Assembly: GCA_017481595.1 (NCBI GenBank)
Contig: JAFUOY010000014.1
Span: 64,569 to 128,568, forward strand
Direction of reading: 5' to 3'
DNA: 64,000 bases
Source of the DNA: Clostridia bacterium
GTDB lineage: Bacteria; Bacillota; Clostridia; Oscillospirales; CAG-272
The notes under the pieces are model-generated. The model ran no database searches. It had not been told where the DNA came from and saw nothing but the letters and a program-made list of their open reading frames with translations. The translations under genes and the position numbers were made by a program. This document shows positions 44,397-53,827 of this stretch, piece by piece; position 1 is the stretch's first letter; each line of letters begins with the position of its first letter.

Positions 44397-45158
44397 TTAT
44401 ACGTTTTCCTTAGCTTCCTTTTTTGCGTACCATTTATTTACAAGGAAATAGAGTACCACACCCATAATAACCATTACGAGTGACCAGGTCTGGGAGGGAG
44501 AAATAAATCCAAGAAGCTCTCCTCTGTGATCGCCTCTTAAGAATTCAATACAGAAGCGGAAGATACCGTAGCACACGAGATAGAGGCTGAAATTGTGTCT
44601 GAAATTATACTTAAAGAGCAAGAAGCTAAACACACCGAAGAGTATAAAGAGGAACGCCGCCTCATAAAGCTGAGTGGGATGCACCGCCTGTGTATGTCCC
44701 GGGAAGGTAACACCGAGGAAGCTGTCTGTAGGCTTACCGTAGCAGCAGCCCGCAAAGAAGCAGCCAAGACGTCCAAAGCCGTGAGCCATAGTAATAACAC
44801 AGGGAACGATCGAAAGCACCTCATAAAGCTTGGTTTCGTATTTTTTCTGCATAATAAAGTAGATTACAAGGAAGAATACTACACCGCCAATAAGTCCTCC
44901 AAGGAAGGTCATACTACCTCCAAGCTTAAATCCCTCCTCAGGGTTTTCAATATAATTATATACGGACTGGAACAAGGATGCGGACATAAAGCCGAGAAGC
45001 ACCGCCGCAATTCCGTTCATAAAAATGAAATCGGAAAATTTTTCATCAACCTTCTTTTTCTTGCAATAAAGAGTGAGAACGCCAAAGCCGAGAGCAAGTC
45101 CGATTCCTATCATTAAGCCGTACATATGTACTTTCCAGAATATAGGTTCAGGTAACAT
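44397..45158 (-). CDS. lgt: Prolipoprotein diacylglyceryl transferase
   Basis: HMYGLMIGIGLALG, GRLGCFFAGCCYGKPT and HPTQLYEA are Lgt signatures. Confidence 0.9.
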   Translation of the reverse strand: MLPEPIFWKVHMYGLMIGIGLALGFGVLTLYCKKKKVDEKFSDFIFMNGIAAVLLGFMSASLFQSVYNYIENPEEGFKLGGSMTFLGGLIGGVVFFLVIYFIMQKKYETKLYEVLSIVPCVITMAHGFGRLGCFFAGCCYGKPTDSFLGVTFPGHTQAVHPTQLYEAAFLFILFGVFSFLLFKYNFRHNFSLYLVCYGIFRFCIEFLRGDHRGELLGFISPSQTWSLVMVIMGVVLYFLVNKWYAKKEAKENV

Positions 45159-45193
45159 AAATACCTCCTTTTTAAATTAAATTTACACCTTAT

Positions 45194-45222
45194 ATTATAC
45201 TAAATAAAAGATGTTATGTCAA
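45194..45222 (-). promoter_or_regulatory. Sigma-A-type promoter for lgt
   Basis: TTGACA, 17-nt spacer, TATAAT on the minus strand (both hexamers consensus). Confidence 0.6.
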
Positions 45223-45253
45223 CATATTTCAGTCAACCTTCACATTATAAAAA

Positions 45254-46519
45254 TTATTTATCATTTATTCGTTTACTCTTGCGTACAAGGGAAAGGCTTA
45301 CGTAGAAGATAACCGCCAAGGTAAGCAAGAAGGATATGGCGGAAACCACCTGCTGAGCGTAAAGATCCATTCCTAAAAACGTGTTGCCGTTTTCCTGTAT
45401 CTTATCCACAAGTGAGCTTGTTATAAGGGTGGAGAAAAATCCCGCAAGACCTGCAAGAGCCTGAGTTACGGCAAGGGCGTGGACACGCTTCTCTACGGAA
45501 ACGTAATCGTAGCATAGATTTATAAGAGCGCTGTTTATACCACCCATAGATATTGAATATAGGATCTTATACGCGGTAAACATAATTTTTCCGTTTTCGG
45601 GTACGCAAAATACGTTTACAAGGAATGAAAGCGCCGCAATACAGAAGCAAAGGCGTATCATTTTTGCAAAGGAGCGCTTATCTGCGTATATTCCCATAAA
45701 TATTGACGAGCCTATTCTTGCAACGGCGGATATAATGCTTAACAGAGATACGAATTTAAGGCTGAAGCCAAGCTCCTTTGTCTGATACGTGCCGTAAAAT
45801 GGGTTTGCTGCGTACATTGCAATATACCATATAAGAAAAACTATACATACCTTAATAAGATTTTTATCCTTAAGCACGTTTAAAAGCTCTTCTTTACCCT
45901 CTAAAACGTGTTCAATGGGCTTTTCCTTTGTAAGAAGCATAGTTACTGTATGCATAAGCATAAGAACGAATACAGCTATGGCGCATATTATAAAGGCGGT
46001 CCTTGTGTCGCCCTTTTCCTTATAATAGTCTATTACGCTACCCATACCGAAGGAAAACGCCATACCGATAATAAGGGAAATTATCTCCTTAGTTGCGGTA
46101 AAACGTCCTCTTTGACTGTTGGGAACAAGGGACATAAGCCAGTTTATCTTTTTCGGGTGGGCAATATTATAGATAAAGTATGCAAGAAGAATACATATTA
46201 CAAAAATTACTTTTTTAAAGCTCTCTGCTCCTCCCGCCAAGGGAATTACATAAAGGAACATAAAAAGCATCTGATTAAAGATACTAAGCAGAATTACGGT
46301 TTTCTTTGCGCTGCCTCTGCTTAAAAACATAGCGATAAGCTGAAATACGCAGCCAAGAGATATAAATGACGAAATAATACCCGTAAGGCTGTCTGACATA
46401 CCGAGAGAAGCGGTGAGCGTAGCCAAAAATGCGTCGGCAAAAAGAATGGAGATAAGATACTCCAAGCCCGCTTCGATTATATACATTGTCCTGCTGGTTT
46501 TATATATATCCTTTTCCAT
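45254..46519 (-). CDS. MFS-type transporter (about 12 TM), substrate unknown
   Basis: Start moved to MEKDIYK (GGGGTGA upstream). Uniformly hydrophobic 12-segment profile. It lies next to carbohydrate esterase genes. Confidence 0.6.
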   Translation of the reverse strand: MEKDIYKTSRTMYIIEAGLEYLISILFADAFLATLTASLGMSDSLTGIISSFISLGCVFQLIAMFLSRGSAKKTVILLSIFNQMLFMFLYVIPLAGGAESFKKVIFVICILLAYFIYNIAHPKKINWLMSLVPNSQRGRFTATKEIISLIIGMAFSFGMGSVIDYYKEKGDTRTAFIICAIAVFVLMLMHTVTMLLTKEKPIEHVLEGKEELLNVLKDKNLIKVCIVFLIWYIAMYAANPFYGTYQTKELGFSLKFVSLLSIISAVARIGSSIFMGIYADKRSFAKMIRLCFCIAALSFLVNVFCVPENGKIMFTAYKILYSISMGGINSALINLCYDYVSVEKRVHALAVTQALAGLAGFFSTLITSSLVDKIQENGNTFLGMDLYAQQVVSAISFLLTLAVIFYVSLSLVRKSKRINDK

Positions 46520-46624
46520 TTCATCACCCCGCTTAATTTTATCAATAAAAGATATCTCTGTCAAGACTTTTACTAAAGATTTTAACAAATTAAAAGGGCT
46601 ATCATAAGATAGCCCAAGTATGTT

Positions 46625-47485
46625 TTATTTATTAAGCTTAAGAGTTTGTCCCGGGGCAACGGAGTAAAGCGTGCCGTCAATATCAAACCATACGGTAAGA
46701 AGGGAGGGATTGTAAACTGCGGAATTATCGGCTCTGAAAATCAAGGAGTTGTATGCCTGCACGTAATCGTATATTTCGATATTCGTAGCGTACCAAACGT
46801 CTTCTCTGCCAGAGAGCTTCTTACAGAAATCCTCTGCGTGGTCCCATCCGCCCTCTTTATTGTCAAACTCGAAGCTGTGTCCCCAGATGTAGAAAAGCCA
46901 AGGAGATCTTGATGCGCAATAGCCCGTATTCAGATCTCTTGAAAGGAATTTTTCAATATACTCATCAAGCTTCGGGTTATCGTGATGGGCGCTTGGCATC
47001 CAGGCGTACCAATCCGTAGGCAATTCAAAGCGGTCATTATCTCCGCCCAAGGTACGGGAGTATACTATACCAAGGTCCTTAAGATAGGATCTTACTCTTT
47101 CAAAGGAGGTGGTGCTTGCCCAGGCGGTAATTCCGCTGTCGGGGTATGCCATACCGCGCACTATCCGATCGTATTTACCCTCAAGCTCACGGCGGCAGTC
47201 AAGAACGTCAATAATACCCTCAATAGGTCTTATCCGTCCCTCTGCGCGGTGAAAATAGCCGTGTACCGCTATTTCGTGTCCTCTGTCAAGGAAATGCTCC
47301 TTTACCTCATCTACGGAAAGGGCGCGATTGCCGCAAGCTTCTGCGCTTGTAAGATTGAACGTGCATTTAAGACCGTATTTTGTAACTATATCGGAAAAGC
47401 GAAGGTCCTGTCTGCATCCGTCATCATAGCTTAAGGTAAGCGCCTTTGTCTTCCCGTTTGGAAATCTCAAAAAATTGTATCTCAT
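46625..47485 (-). CDS. Polysaccharide deacetylase family protein (CE4 / NodB homology)
   Basis: LTLSYDDGCRQDLRFSDIVTKYGLKCTFNL and EIAVHGYFH metal-binding motifs. AAGGAG lies upstream. Confidence 0.75.
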   Translation of the reverse strand: MRYNFLRFPNGKTKALTLSYDDGCRQDLRFSDIVTKYGLKCTFNLTSAEACGNRALSVDEVKEHFLDRGHEIAVHGYFHRAEGRIRPIEGIIDVLDCRRELEGKYDRIVRGMAYPDSGITAWASTTSFERVRSYLKDLGIVYSRTLGGDNDRFELPTDWYAWMPSAHHDNPKLDEYIEKFLSRDLNTGYCASRSPWLFYIWGHSFEFDNKEGGWDHAEDFCKKLSGREDVWYATNIEIYDYVQAYNSLIFRADNSAVYNPSLLTVWFDIDGTLYSVAPGQTLKLNK

Positions 47486-47496
47486 AAATTACTCCT

Positions 47497-48498
47497 TTAT
47501 CTCATTTTGATAAGCGCATCTGCCACTCTTAAGGAAAGGATTTCCTTTGTAGCCGGATGAATGTTATCACTCTCACAAACGTCACGGCTGATAACCGTTT
47601 TTACACAAGGAAGCATTTTCTCCACACGGAGCTGAGCCTCCTGAACAAGATGCCAACCATCATCATTTATTTTTTCATCATAATCCGCAATCTGAATAAC
47701 TACAAAGGGGAGATTATTGTCATAAAGGTCATTTCTCCATACCTTTATAAGCTCGCAAAGTTCAATATCGTAAACCATTCCCTCGGAAACGGATGCATCA
47801 CTTTCTCCCTGATACCAAACTACTCCGCTTACGGAAAATGGCGCTATCTTTTTAAAAGTAAAATCGTAAAGCTGCGCATCAAGATTCCACTTACCGAACC
47901 ATTCATCAACGTGGTCCTTATGACGTTCTCCTATTGGGATATTTATTCCAACCTTTTCAAAGGTTCCCTTTGGTACCCAGCTTTCTATAACGGATGCGCC
48001 CTGAAAGCAACTGATAGCGCCTACCGCTATTCCTTTTTTTGCAAGCTCCGTTAATGTGTGATACTGAATAGCGGGCCAATATCCTACTGTTTCCTTTTCG
48101 GCAACTACCCAACCGTGCTCGGGCAAGAAATACTCACCCTCCTCCACTCTCAAGGTGTTAAAAAGGCGTATTTTATTATTTGATACCCACTTTTCTTTGG
48201 GATAAGAGCTTTCGTGGATCTTAAATTGCATATTGGACTGACCTGCAAAAATATATACCACTCCTACGTAAATATCCGTTAAAACCGTCTTTTCTCCGTT
48301 CAGATCCACCGTCATTTCATAAGGACCGCCGTATTCCATACCCGGAAAGGCTATCATCCATTCACCCTTTGTTGAAATACAGCTGCGTGTAATACCGTTA
48401 AAGGTAATTTTTGCAGTTCCCTCTCCGCTGCCGAATATTCTTATCTCCCTATCAACGGGTAAAACCATATGTGATGTAAAAATCTGATTTAATTTCAT
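47497..48498 (-). CDS. Sialate O-acetylesterase-like SGNH esterase (SASA/DUF303)
   Basis: FAGQSNMQ catalytic-Ser block, WYQGESD, and C-terminal DNIHP. Confidence 0.7.
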   Translation of the reverse strand: MKLNQIFTSHMVLPVDREIRIFGSGEGTAKITFNGITRSCISTKGEWMIAFPGMEYGGPYEMTVDLNGEKTVLTDIYVGVVYIFAGQSNMQFKIHESSYPKEKWVSNNKIRLFNTLRVEEGEYFLPEHGWVVAEKETVGYWPAIQYHTLTELAKKGIAVGAISCFQGASVIESWVPKGTFEKVGINIPIGERHKDHVDEWFGKWNLDAQLYDFTFKKIAPFSVSGVVWYQGESDASVSEGMVYDIELCELIKVWRNDLYDNNLPFVVIQIADYDEKINDDGWHLVQEAQLRVEKMLPCVKTVISRDVCESDNIHPATKEILSLRVADALIKMR

Positions 48499-48549
48499 AT
48501 TATATTCCTATATCCATTTCAAGCACCTTACAAAAGGTGCTTGAATAGT

Positions 48550-50544
48550 TTATTTTTCCTTTTTAACCTTTGCAAGGCAAAGACCGCTTCGGGCGGGGAG
48601 ATAAATAGGAAGCTTCCACTTACCGTCAGGGTGCTTCTCTGCCTTATAGATATAATCCTTTGATATTCTGTCATATCCGTCAAAGCGCTTTTCATCTGTT
48701 GAAAGGATAACGCGGTAATCTCCTTTTGAAGGTACCTCAACGTAATAACATTCATAGCTGCCCTCGGGACTTAAATTAACAACGAAGGTAAGCCCGTTTC
48801 TTTCGTATACCATTACCTGCTTGTATTCGTCGATAAATACGCACTTGGGAGATTTTTTATATACCTTACGGTCGGCTAAGAAATGGATCATTTCCCTGTC
48901 GAAATTATTCAAGAACTCATATCTTAAGGTAGAATCATCCGTAAGATGCCATTGACGGCGGCAATAGAAATAACTCCAATCATTCCCCTCTCTTGGGAAA
49001 TCGATCCATTCGGGATGGCCGAATTCATTACCCATAAAGTTAAGATACCCCTCTCCGCCAAGGGTCATTGTAACCATTCTGATAAGCTTATGAAGCGCCA
49101 TACCTCTGTCAATAACAGGGCTTTGTGTAAAGCGCGACATATGGGTGTACATATAGCTGTCACAAAGGCGGAACATTACGGTTTTATCACCTACAAGAGC
49201 CTGGTCGTGGGACTCAACGTAGCCAATATATTTTTCCATAGGACGTCTGCTTGTAAGCTCGTGCCAGATGTGGAACATATTCCAGCTTTCGTCACTTTGC
49301 TCCTTTAAAAGCTTTATCCAAAGGTCGGGAAGCCCCATTGCAAGACGGTAATCAAAGCCTACGCCACCCTCGTCAATGGGTAAGCACATACCGGGCATTG
49401 CAGACATATCCTCCGCTATTGTAATGGCATTGGGATTTACCTCCTTGATAAGGGCGGTTGCAAGCTGAAGATAAGTAATAGCCTCCGTATCCGTATTAAG
49501 TGAAAAATACTTTGAATAATCGGTAAAGGCGGTGCCAAGACCGTGGTCGTGATATATCATTGAGGTTACACCGTCAAAGCGGAAGCCGTCAAAGTGGTAT
49601 TCCTCCATCCAGAATTTAAGATTGGACAAAAGGAAATGAATAACCTCATTTTTGTTGTAGTTAAAGAGCTTGGTTCCCCAGGCGGGATGATCTCCTCTTT
49701 TTCCCTCGTGGAAGAACTGATATACAGTACCGTCAAACTCGTTTATTCCCTCCTCGGTATTTTTTACCGCGTGGGAGTGTACAACGTCAAGAAGCACCGC
49801 AATACCAAGCTCGTGAGCCTTGTCTATCAAGGACTTAAGCTCGTTTGGTGTGCCGTACTTTGAGGATGCGGCAAAGAAGGAAGATACCTGATAACCGAAG
49901 GAGCCGTAATAGGGATGCTCCATAATAGCCATGATCTGTATGGTGTTGTAACCAAGGTCCTTTATTCTTGGCAGGATATTGTCACGGAACTCCGTATAAG
50001 TGCCGATGCCCTCCTTTTCCTGCGCCATACCGATATGGCACTCGTAGATGTAAAGCTCCTTTTTAGGTGTGAATTTCTTTTTCTTCCATTTATACAAAGG
50101 CTCATCAGAGATAACTCCGCACCAGCTGTAATCTCTTGGGTCCTGCATTACGCGGCGAATATATAGAGGAATTCTTTCCATCATTCTCTCGCCGTTTCTT
50201 ATAATGGTCTTTACGTAGCAGCCGTCATAAAGAGCGTTTTGTCCCGGGAGAAAAATTTCAAAAACTCCGTTACCGATGGGAGTCATACGAAGCTGATAGC
50301 GGTCCCATCCGTTCATATCTCCCGTAAGGAACATTTCGTCAGCGGCGGGAGCCCACTCTCTGTAGTACCAGCCATCATTGGTTTTATGAAAACCGAAATA
50401 CTCGTGGCCGTTGGCAAAATCACGAAGATTGCCGTTATCTCCCAAAAGCTCACGTTTCTTATTTTCAAAATTCAGCATACGCTGATTTATGTCTCTCTCA
50501 TATGGCAATAGTGCAGGGTCATATTCAAATATCTTATATTTCAT
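48550..50544 (-). CDS. glgB: 1,4-alpha-glucan branching enzyme (GH13)
   Basis: 664 aa. DVVHSHA, GFRFDGVTSM, AEDMS and YVESHDQ are the conserved GH13 regions I-IV. AGGAGGA lies upstream. Confidence 0.9.
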   Translation of the reverse strand: MKYKIFEYDPALLPYERDINQRMLNFENKKRELLGDNGNLRDFANGHEYFGFHKTNDGWYYREWAPAADEMFLTGDMNGWDRYQLRMTPIGNGVFEIFLPGQNALYDGCYVKTIIRNGERMMERIPLYIRRVMQDPRDYSWCGVISDEPLYKWKKKKFTPKKELYIYECHIGMAQEKEGIGTYTEFRDNILPRIKDLGYNTIQIMAIMEHPYYGSFGYQVSSFFAASSKYGTPNELKSLIDKAHELGIAVLLDVVHSHAVKNTEEGINEFDGTVYQFFHEGKRGDHPAWGTKLFNYNKNEVIHFLLSNLKFWMEEYHFDGFRFDGVTSMIYHDHGLGTAFTDYSKYFSLNTDTEAITYLQLATALIKEVNPNAITIAEDMSAMPGMCLPIDEGGVGFDYRLAMGLPDLWIKLLKEQSDESWNMFHIWHELTSRRPMEKYIGYVESHDQALVGDKTVMFRLCDSYMYTHMSRFTQSPVIDRGMALHKLIRMVTMTLGGEGYLNFMGNEFGHPEWIDFPREGNDWSYFYCRRQWHLTDDSTLRYEFLNNFDREMIHFLADRKVYKKSPKCVFIDEYKQVMVYERNGLTFVVNLSPEGSYECYYVEVPSKGDYRVILSTDEKRFDGYDRISKDYIYKAEKHPDGKWKLPIYLPARSGLCLAKVKKEK

Positions 50545-50607
50545 AATATCCTCCTATTTATAAATGCCTTGTATATATATTATATCACTTTATTTATCAA
50601 GAGTCAA

Positions 50608-52203
50608 TTATATTTCAACGGCTATCTTTTCAGTGTAGTCCTGCTCTCCTACTATAGCCATAAGTTCTTTTCTCGTTTCCGCTTCGGCATAGGTTGAGTA
50701 TCTGACATGGAGTAGGTCACCCTCACGGATTGCCTTACCGCCATGCTCGTCGACCTCTGCCCTCTTGGTTTCATCGTGCTTTACGGAGAGGACGAAAAGG
50801 TTTGCGGGCCAAAAGATATCGCGCACCTGCTTACCGATAGCAAAGGCGCCCTTCTTGACCACGATATAGGTATCGATAACCTTGGATTCCATTCCCTCGT
50901 TAAGCTCCTCTACTCTGTTTTCAACTACCGTATCGTTAATGGATTTAGCGCCGAAGATCTCTGTAATTACAAAGGATACGGCAGAAACTATTATAACGTA
51001 AATAATATTTTCGTAAAGTCCCAATGCCTCAACCGCAAAAACTATAGCGGTAAGGGGCATTTTCATCATTGCGGAAATGCAGGCAACGATTCCAAGGACA
51101 AGAATAACGGTGTAATACTGATGATCAAGGCCGAAAAGCTTCTCTATTACCTCACCGAGCAAGGAGGAAAGCACCGCGCCCAAGGTGAGGAGAGGAATAA
51201 ACATACCGCCCGTTATCTTATTGGTATTGGCGCACAGGGTAAGAGTTGAGCGCGCAAGCAGGATAAGGATCAGCATATAAATTGCGGTTTTGCCGTTAAG
51301 AAGATGGATAATAAGCTCGTGTCCTGTGGAAACAAAGGATACAGAGCAAATACCGAGTATAAGTGTAACCGTAAATACCGCAAAGATCTTATATGTGTGG
51401 GGTATCTTTTTTAATTTCTTATTAAAAAGGTAGTTTATTGCCTTATAATAATACAAAAATGCAACTGCAAAAAGCCCGATTATTAAGCCTACCGCAATTG
51501 GAATCCATATATCCTTAAGGGAGAGCTTTACAAGGGATAATTTTGGGAAAAGGCTTATGCTTACGCCAAAGATGGGAGAAAGTATCTCCGCCGTTATGCT
51601 TGCAAACATAACAGAGGTGGCAGAAACGATAAGTATCATTGGGGAAATGCGCTGATGCGCCTCCTCAATGGCGAACAAAATACCCGAGATGGGGGATCCC
51701 GTAGCTACGGAAAAGCCTGCGCAAGCGCCGCCCGTCATAGAATATCTGTCCCAAGCCTTCTGATTTTTGGCAAACGTAAAAACTGTTCCTCTGCCGATGG
51801 CAGTACCCATCTGCACCGAGGGGCCCTCGTTACCGAGAGGCACTCCTATCATAAAGGTGGTAAGTGACATTAAGAAAACGCCCACAAGGTTACGAAGCCA
51901 CTTAAAAGTGATAATTCCTCTTAAAATACCGATGGAGGTTGGAATACCACCGCCCTTAAGATTAGGAACTCGCTTATAAATGTTGGCAAAAAGAGCCGAT
52001 ATTCCAAAGAGGACAAGAAGCACCGCGGGGATAAAATACCAATTCTCCTTTAAAAGCTCATACCCGTTTTCAGACATAGAGATCACGTGCTTTGCACAGA
52101 GCTTATAAAAGGTAACTATTACCGAGGTAATAATACCCGTTACAGAGCCGAACACAAAGGCGGGAAGGAGCAAATTTATTAAATACTTTTTATATCTGTT
52201 CAT
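50608..52203 (-). CDS. ClC-family chloride channel/transporter with C-terminal TrkA-C (RCK_C) domain
   Basis: GGGIPTS, GNEGPSVQMG and GGMFIPLL selectivity-filter blocks. ATG 52203 is preferred (GGGAGG upstream). Confidence 0.85.
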   Translation of the reverse strand: MNRYKKYLINLLLPAFVFGSVTGIITSVIVTFYKLCAKHVISMSENGYELLKENWYFIPAVLLVLFGISALFANIYKRVPNLKGGGIPTSIGILRGIITFKWLRNLVGVFLMSLTTFMIGVPLGNEGPSVQMGTAIGRGTVFTFAKNQKAWDRYSMTGGACAGFSVATGSPISGILFAIEEAHQRISPMILIVSATSVMFASITAEILSPIFGVSISLFPKLSLVKLSLKDIWIPIAVGLIIGLFAVAFLYYYKAINYLFNKKLKKIPHTYKIFAVFTVTLILGICSVSFVSTGHELIIHLLNGKTAIYMLILILLARSTLTLCANTNKITGGMFIPLLTLGAVLSSLLGEVIEKLFGLDHQYYTVILVLGIVACISAMMKMPLTAIVFAVEALGLYENIIYVIIVSAVSFVITEIFGAKSINDTVVENRVEELNEGMESKVIDTYIVVKKGAFAIGKQVRDIFWPANLFVLSVKHDETKRAEVDEHGGKAIREGDLLHVRYSTYAEAETRKELMAIVGEQDYTEKIAVEI

Positions 52204-52230
52204 AACGCCTCCCATATAAGATATAAGAAT

Positions 52231-52259
52231 ATTTTACCACAAAACCAACTTAATTGCAA
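52231..52259 (-). promoter_or_regulatory. Sigma-A-type promoter for the ClC gene
   Basis: TTGCAA, 17-nt spacer, TGgTAAAAT on the minus strand. Confidence 0.5.
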
Positions 52260-52290
52260 TATAAAAAGAGGGCGTACCCTCTTTTTATCC

Positions 52291-52869
52291 TTATTCTGTT
52301 ACTTCCCTTTGCTCGGAATACGTATAGATCATATCCGTATACAACAGCATAGGCTCCTTTACTCCGTTTACAAGAACGACGTAAACCTTATCATTACCGT
52401 TAATATACCGTAGGTGTCCGTCATCCTCCGACGAGGTTGTGATGTATGTGCCGTGGTTTTTAAGTGCCGTAAAGTTTACAAGGAAATGATAATCCTTTAA
52501 TCGGGGCAAAAGCCTGAATCTGAATTTTAAGCCTACGGGTTTACAGGGCTCACGGTCAACAAGCTCATCTACCTCAACGGTGAATTTTCCCTTTGCCGCT
52601 TTGATTTTCAAGCTTATTACCAAGTATATTCCATATATAATCTCATAAAGAAGAAACGCAATATAAAGTCCCCCAAGAATACGCACAACCATAATAATAA
52701 GAGCAGCGTCATCGGGATTTATTTGCTTTTGAATTTCACTTATACCCCAAATTGCGGAAGCTACCAATGCTCCCAAAAATATAAGACCAACCAATCTGGG
52801 TATAGCTTTATTTGCAACACTGTTAAGATCTTTTTTTATTTTCTTGTTATCAATTTCTATTTTTGCCAT
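52291..52869 (-). CDS. Two-TM membrane protein with C-terminal beta-rich domain, function unknown (paralogue A)
   Basis: 192 aa with GGGAGGGGTGA upstream. Two hydrophobic segments, then GKFTVEVDELVDRE...YVVLVNG. About 75% identical to paralogue B by eye. Confidence 0.6.
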   Translation of the reverse strand: MAKIEIDNKKIKKDLNSVANKAIPRLVGLIFLGALVASAIWGISEIQKQINPDDAALIIMVVRILGGLYIAFLLYEIIYGIYLVISLKIKAAKGKFTVEVDELVDREPCKPVGLKFRFRLLPRLKDYHFLVNFTALKNHGTYITTSSEDDGHLRYINGNDKVYVVLVNGVKEPMLLYTDMIYTYSEQREVTE

Positions 52870-53046
52870 ACTATCACCCCTCCCAAAAATATTTTATCAT
52901 TTTGCAATTACAAAGTCAATACCTTCTACCTGTAACACTATTTTATCATATATATTGACAAATAAAAATATCATTTTTGCTAAAATAGACCTCTCTATTT
53001 TTTAAAAAATACAAAAAAGAGGATGTAAAACATCCTCTTTTTATCC

Positions 53047-53625
53047 TTATTCTGTTACTTCCTTTTGTTCGCAATACGTATAGAGCATATCTATGTACAA
53101 CAGCATAGGCTCCTTAAAGCCCTTGACAAGGACAACGTAAACCTTATCATTACCATCAATATATCGTAGGTGTCTGTCATCCTCCAACGATGATATACGA
53201 TACATGCCGTGTTTTTTAAGCTCCATATAGCTTTGACGGAGATAATAATCCTTTATTCGGGGTATAAGTCGGATTATGAATTTAAAGCCTAAAGTCTTAT
53301 AGGGCTCACGGTCAACAAGCTCATCCATCTCAACGGTGAATTTTCCCTTTGCCGCTTTGATTTTCAAGCTTATTACCAAGTATATTCCATATATAATCTC
53401 ATAAAGAAGAAACGCAATATAAAGTCCACCAAGAATACGCACAACCATAATAATAAGAGCAGCGTCATCGGGATTTATTTGCTTTTCAATCTTAGCTATA
53501 AGATCAACAGCGGAAGCTACCAATGCACCCAAGAAAGCAAGAACGATCATTCTTGGTATAGCTCTATTTGCAACACTATTAAGATCTTTTTTTATTTTCT
53601 CGTTGTCAAGTTCTATTTTTGCCAT
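53047..53625 (-). CDS. Two-TM membrane protein with C-terminal beta-rich domain, function unknown (paralogue B)
   Basis: 192 aa, same SD and architecture as paralogue A. The central 52 residues KQINPDD...KGKFTVE are identical in both copies. Confidence 0.6.
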   Translation of the reverse strand: MAKIELDNEKIKKDLNSVANRAIPRMIVLAFLGALVASAVDLIAKIEKQINPDDAALIIMVVRILGGLYIAFLLYEIIYGIYLVISLKIKAAKGKFTVEMDELVDREPYKTLGFKFIIRLIPRIKDYYLRQSYMELKKHGMYRISSLEDDRHLRYIDGNDKVYVVLVKGFKEPMLLYIDMLYTYCEQKEVTE

Positions 53626-53776
53626 ACTAACACCCCTCCCAAAAATATTTTATCATTTTGCAAGTACAAAGTCAATGCCTTCACCTTGTAATACTATTCT
53701 AACATAAATATTGGTAAACAAAAATATCATTTTTGCTAAAATAGACCTCTCTATTTTTTAAAAAGTGAAAAAAATT

Positions 53777-53806
53777 AGCCCTGACAGACATCTGTCAGGG
53801 CTAATT
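53777..53806 (-). terminator. Intrinsic terminator after the ABC exporter pair
   Basis: TTAGCCCTGACAGA...TCTGTCAGGGCTAA (14-bp arms), followed on the minus strand by UUUUUUUCAC. Confidence 0.8.
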
Positions 53807-53827
53807 TTTAATACCTTTAGTTATAAT

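Larger units (their letters stand above)
52262..53764 (-). repeat. Tandem direct duplication (period 756 bp) of a complete promoter-gene-terminator unit
   Basis: Positions x and x+756 align without indels through the genes. Both genes are 579 nt. Each unit has its own TTGACT-17-TGaTAAAAT promoter (52891..52919, 53647..53675) and hairpin terminator (52262..52287, 53013..53043). Confidence 0.9.

Noticed and set aside
44301-45230. Shared 12-mer GTCAACATATTT upstream of the nahK-like operon (44305) and of lgt (45219).
   Set aside because: On the minus strand it reads AAATATGTTGAC, which is an A/T-rich UP-like stretch plus the -35 hexamer of two consensus sigma-A promoters. Promoter architecture explains it, not a specific operator.
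52262-53764. Repeat region considered as a possible CRISPR array or mobile element.
   Set aside because: There are only two copies, the period is 756 bp, and each copy encodes a full gene with its own promoter and terminator. There are no short repeat-spacer units, no cas genes, and no transposase or terminal inverted repeats.
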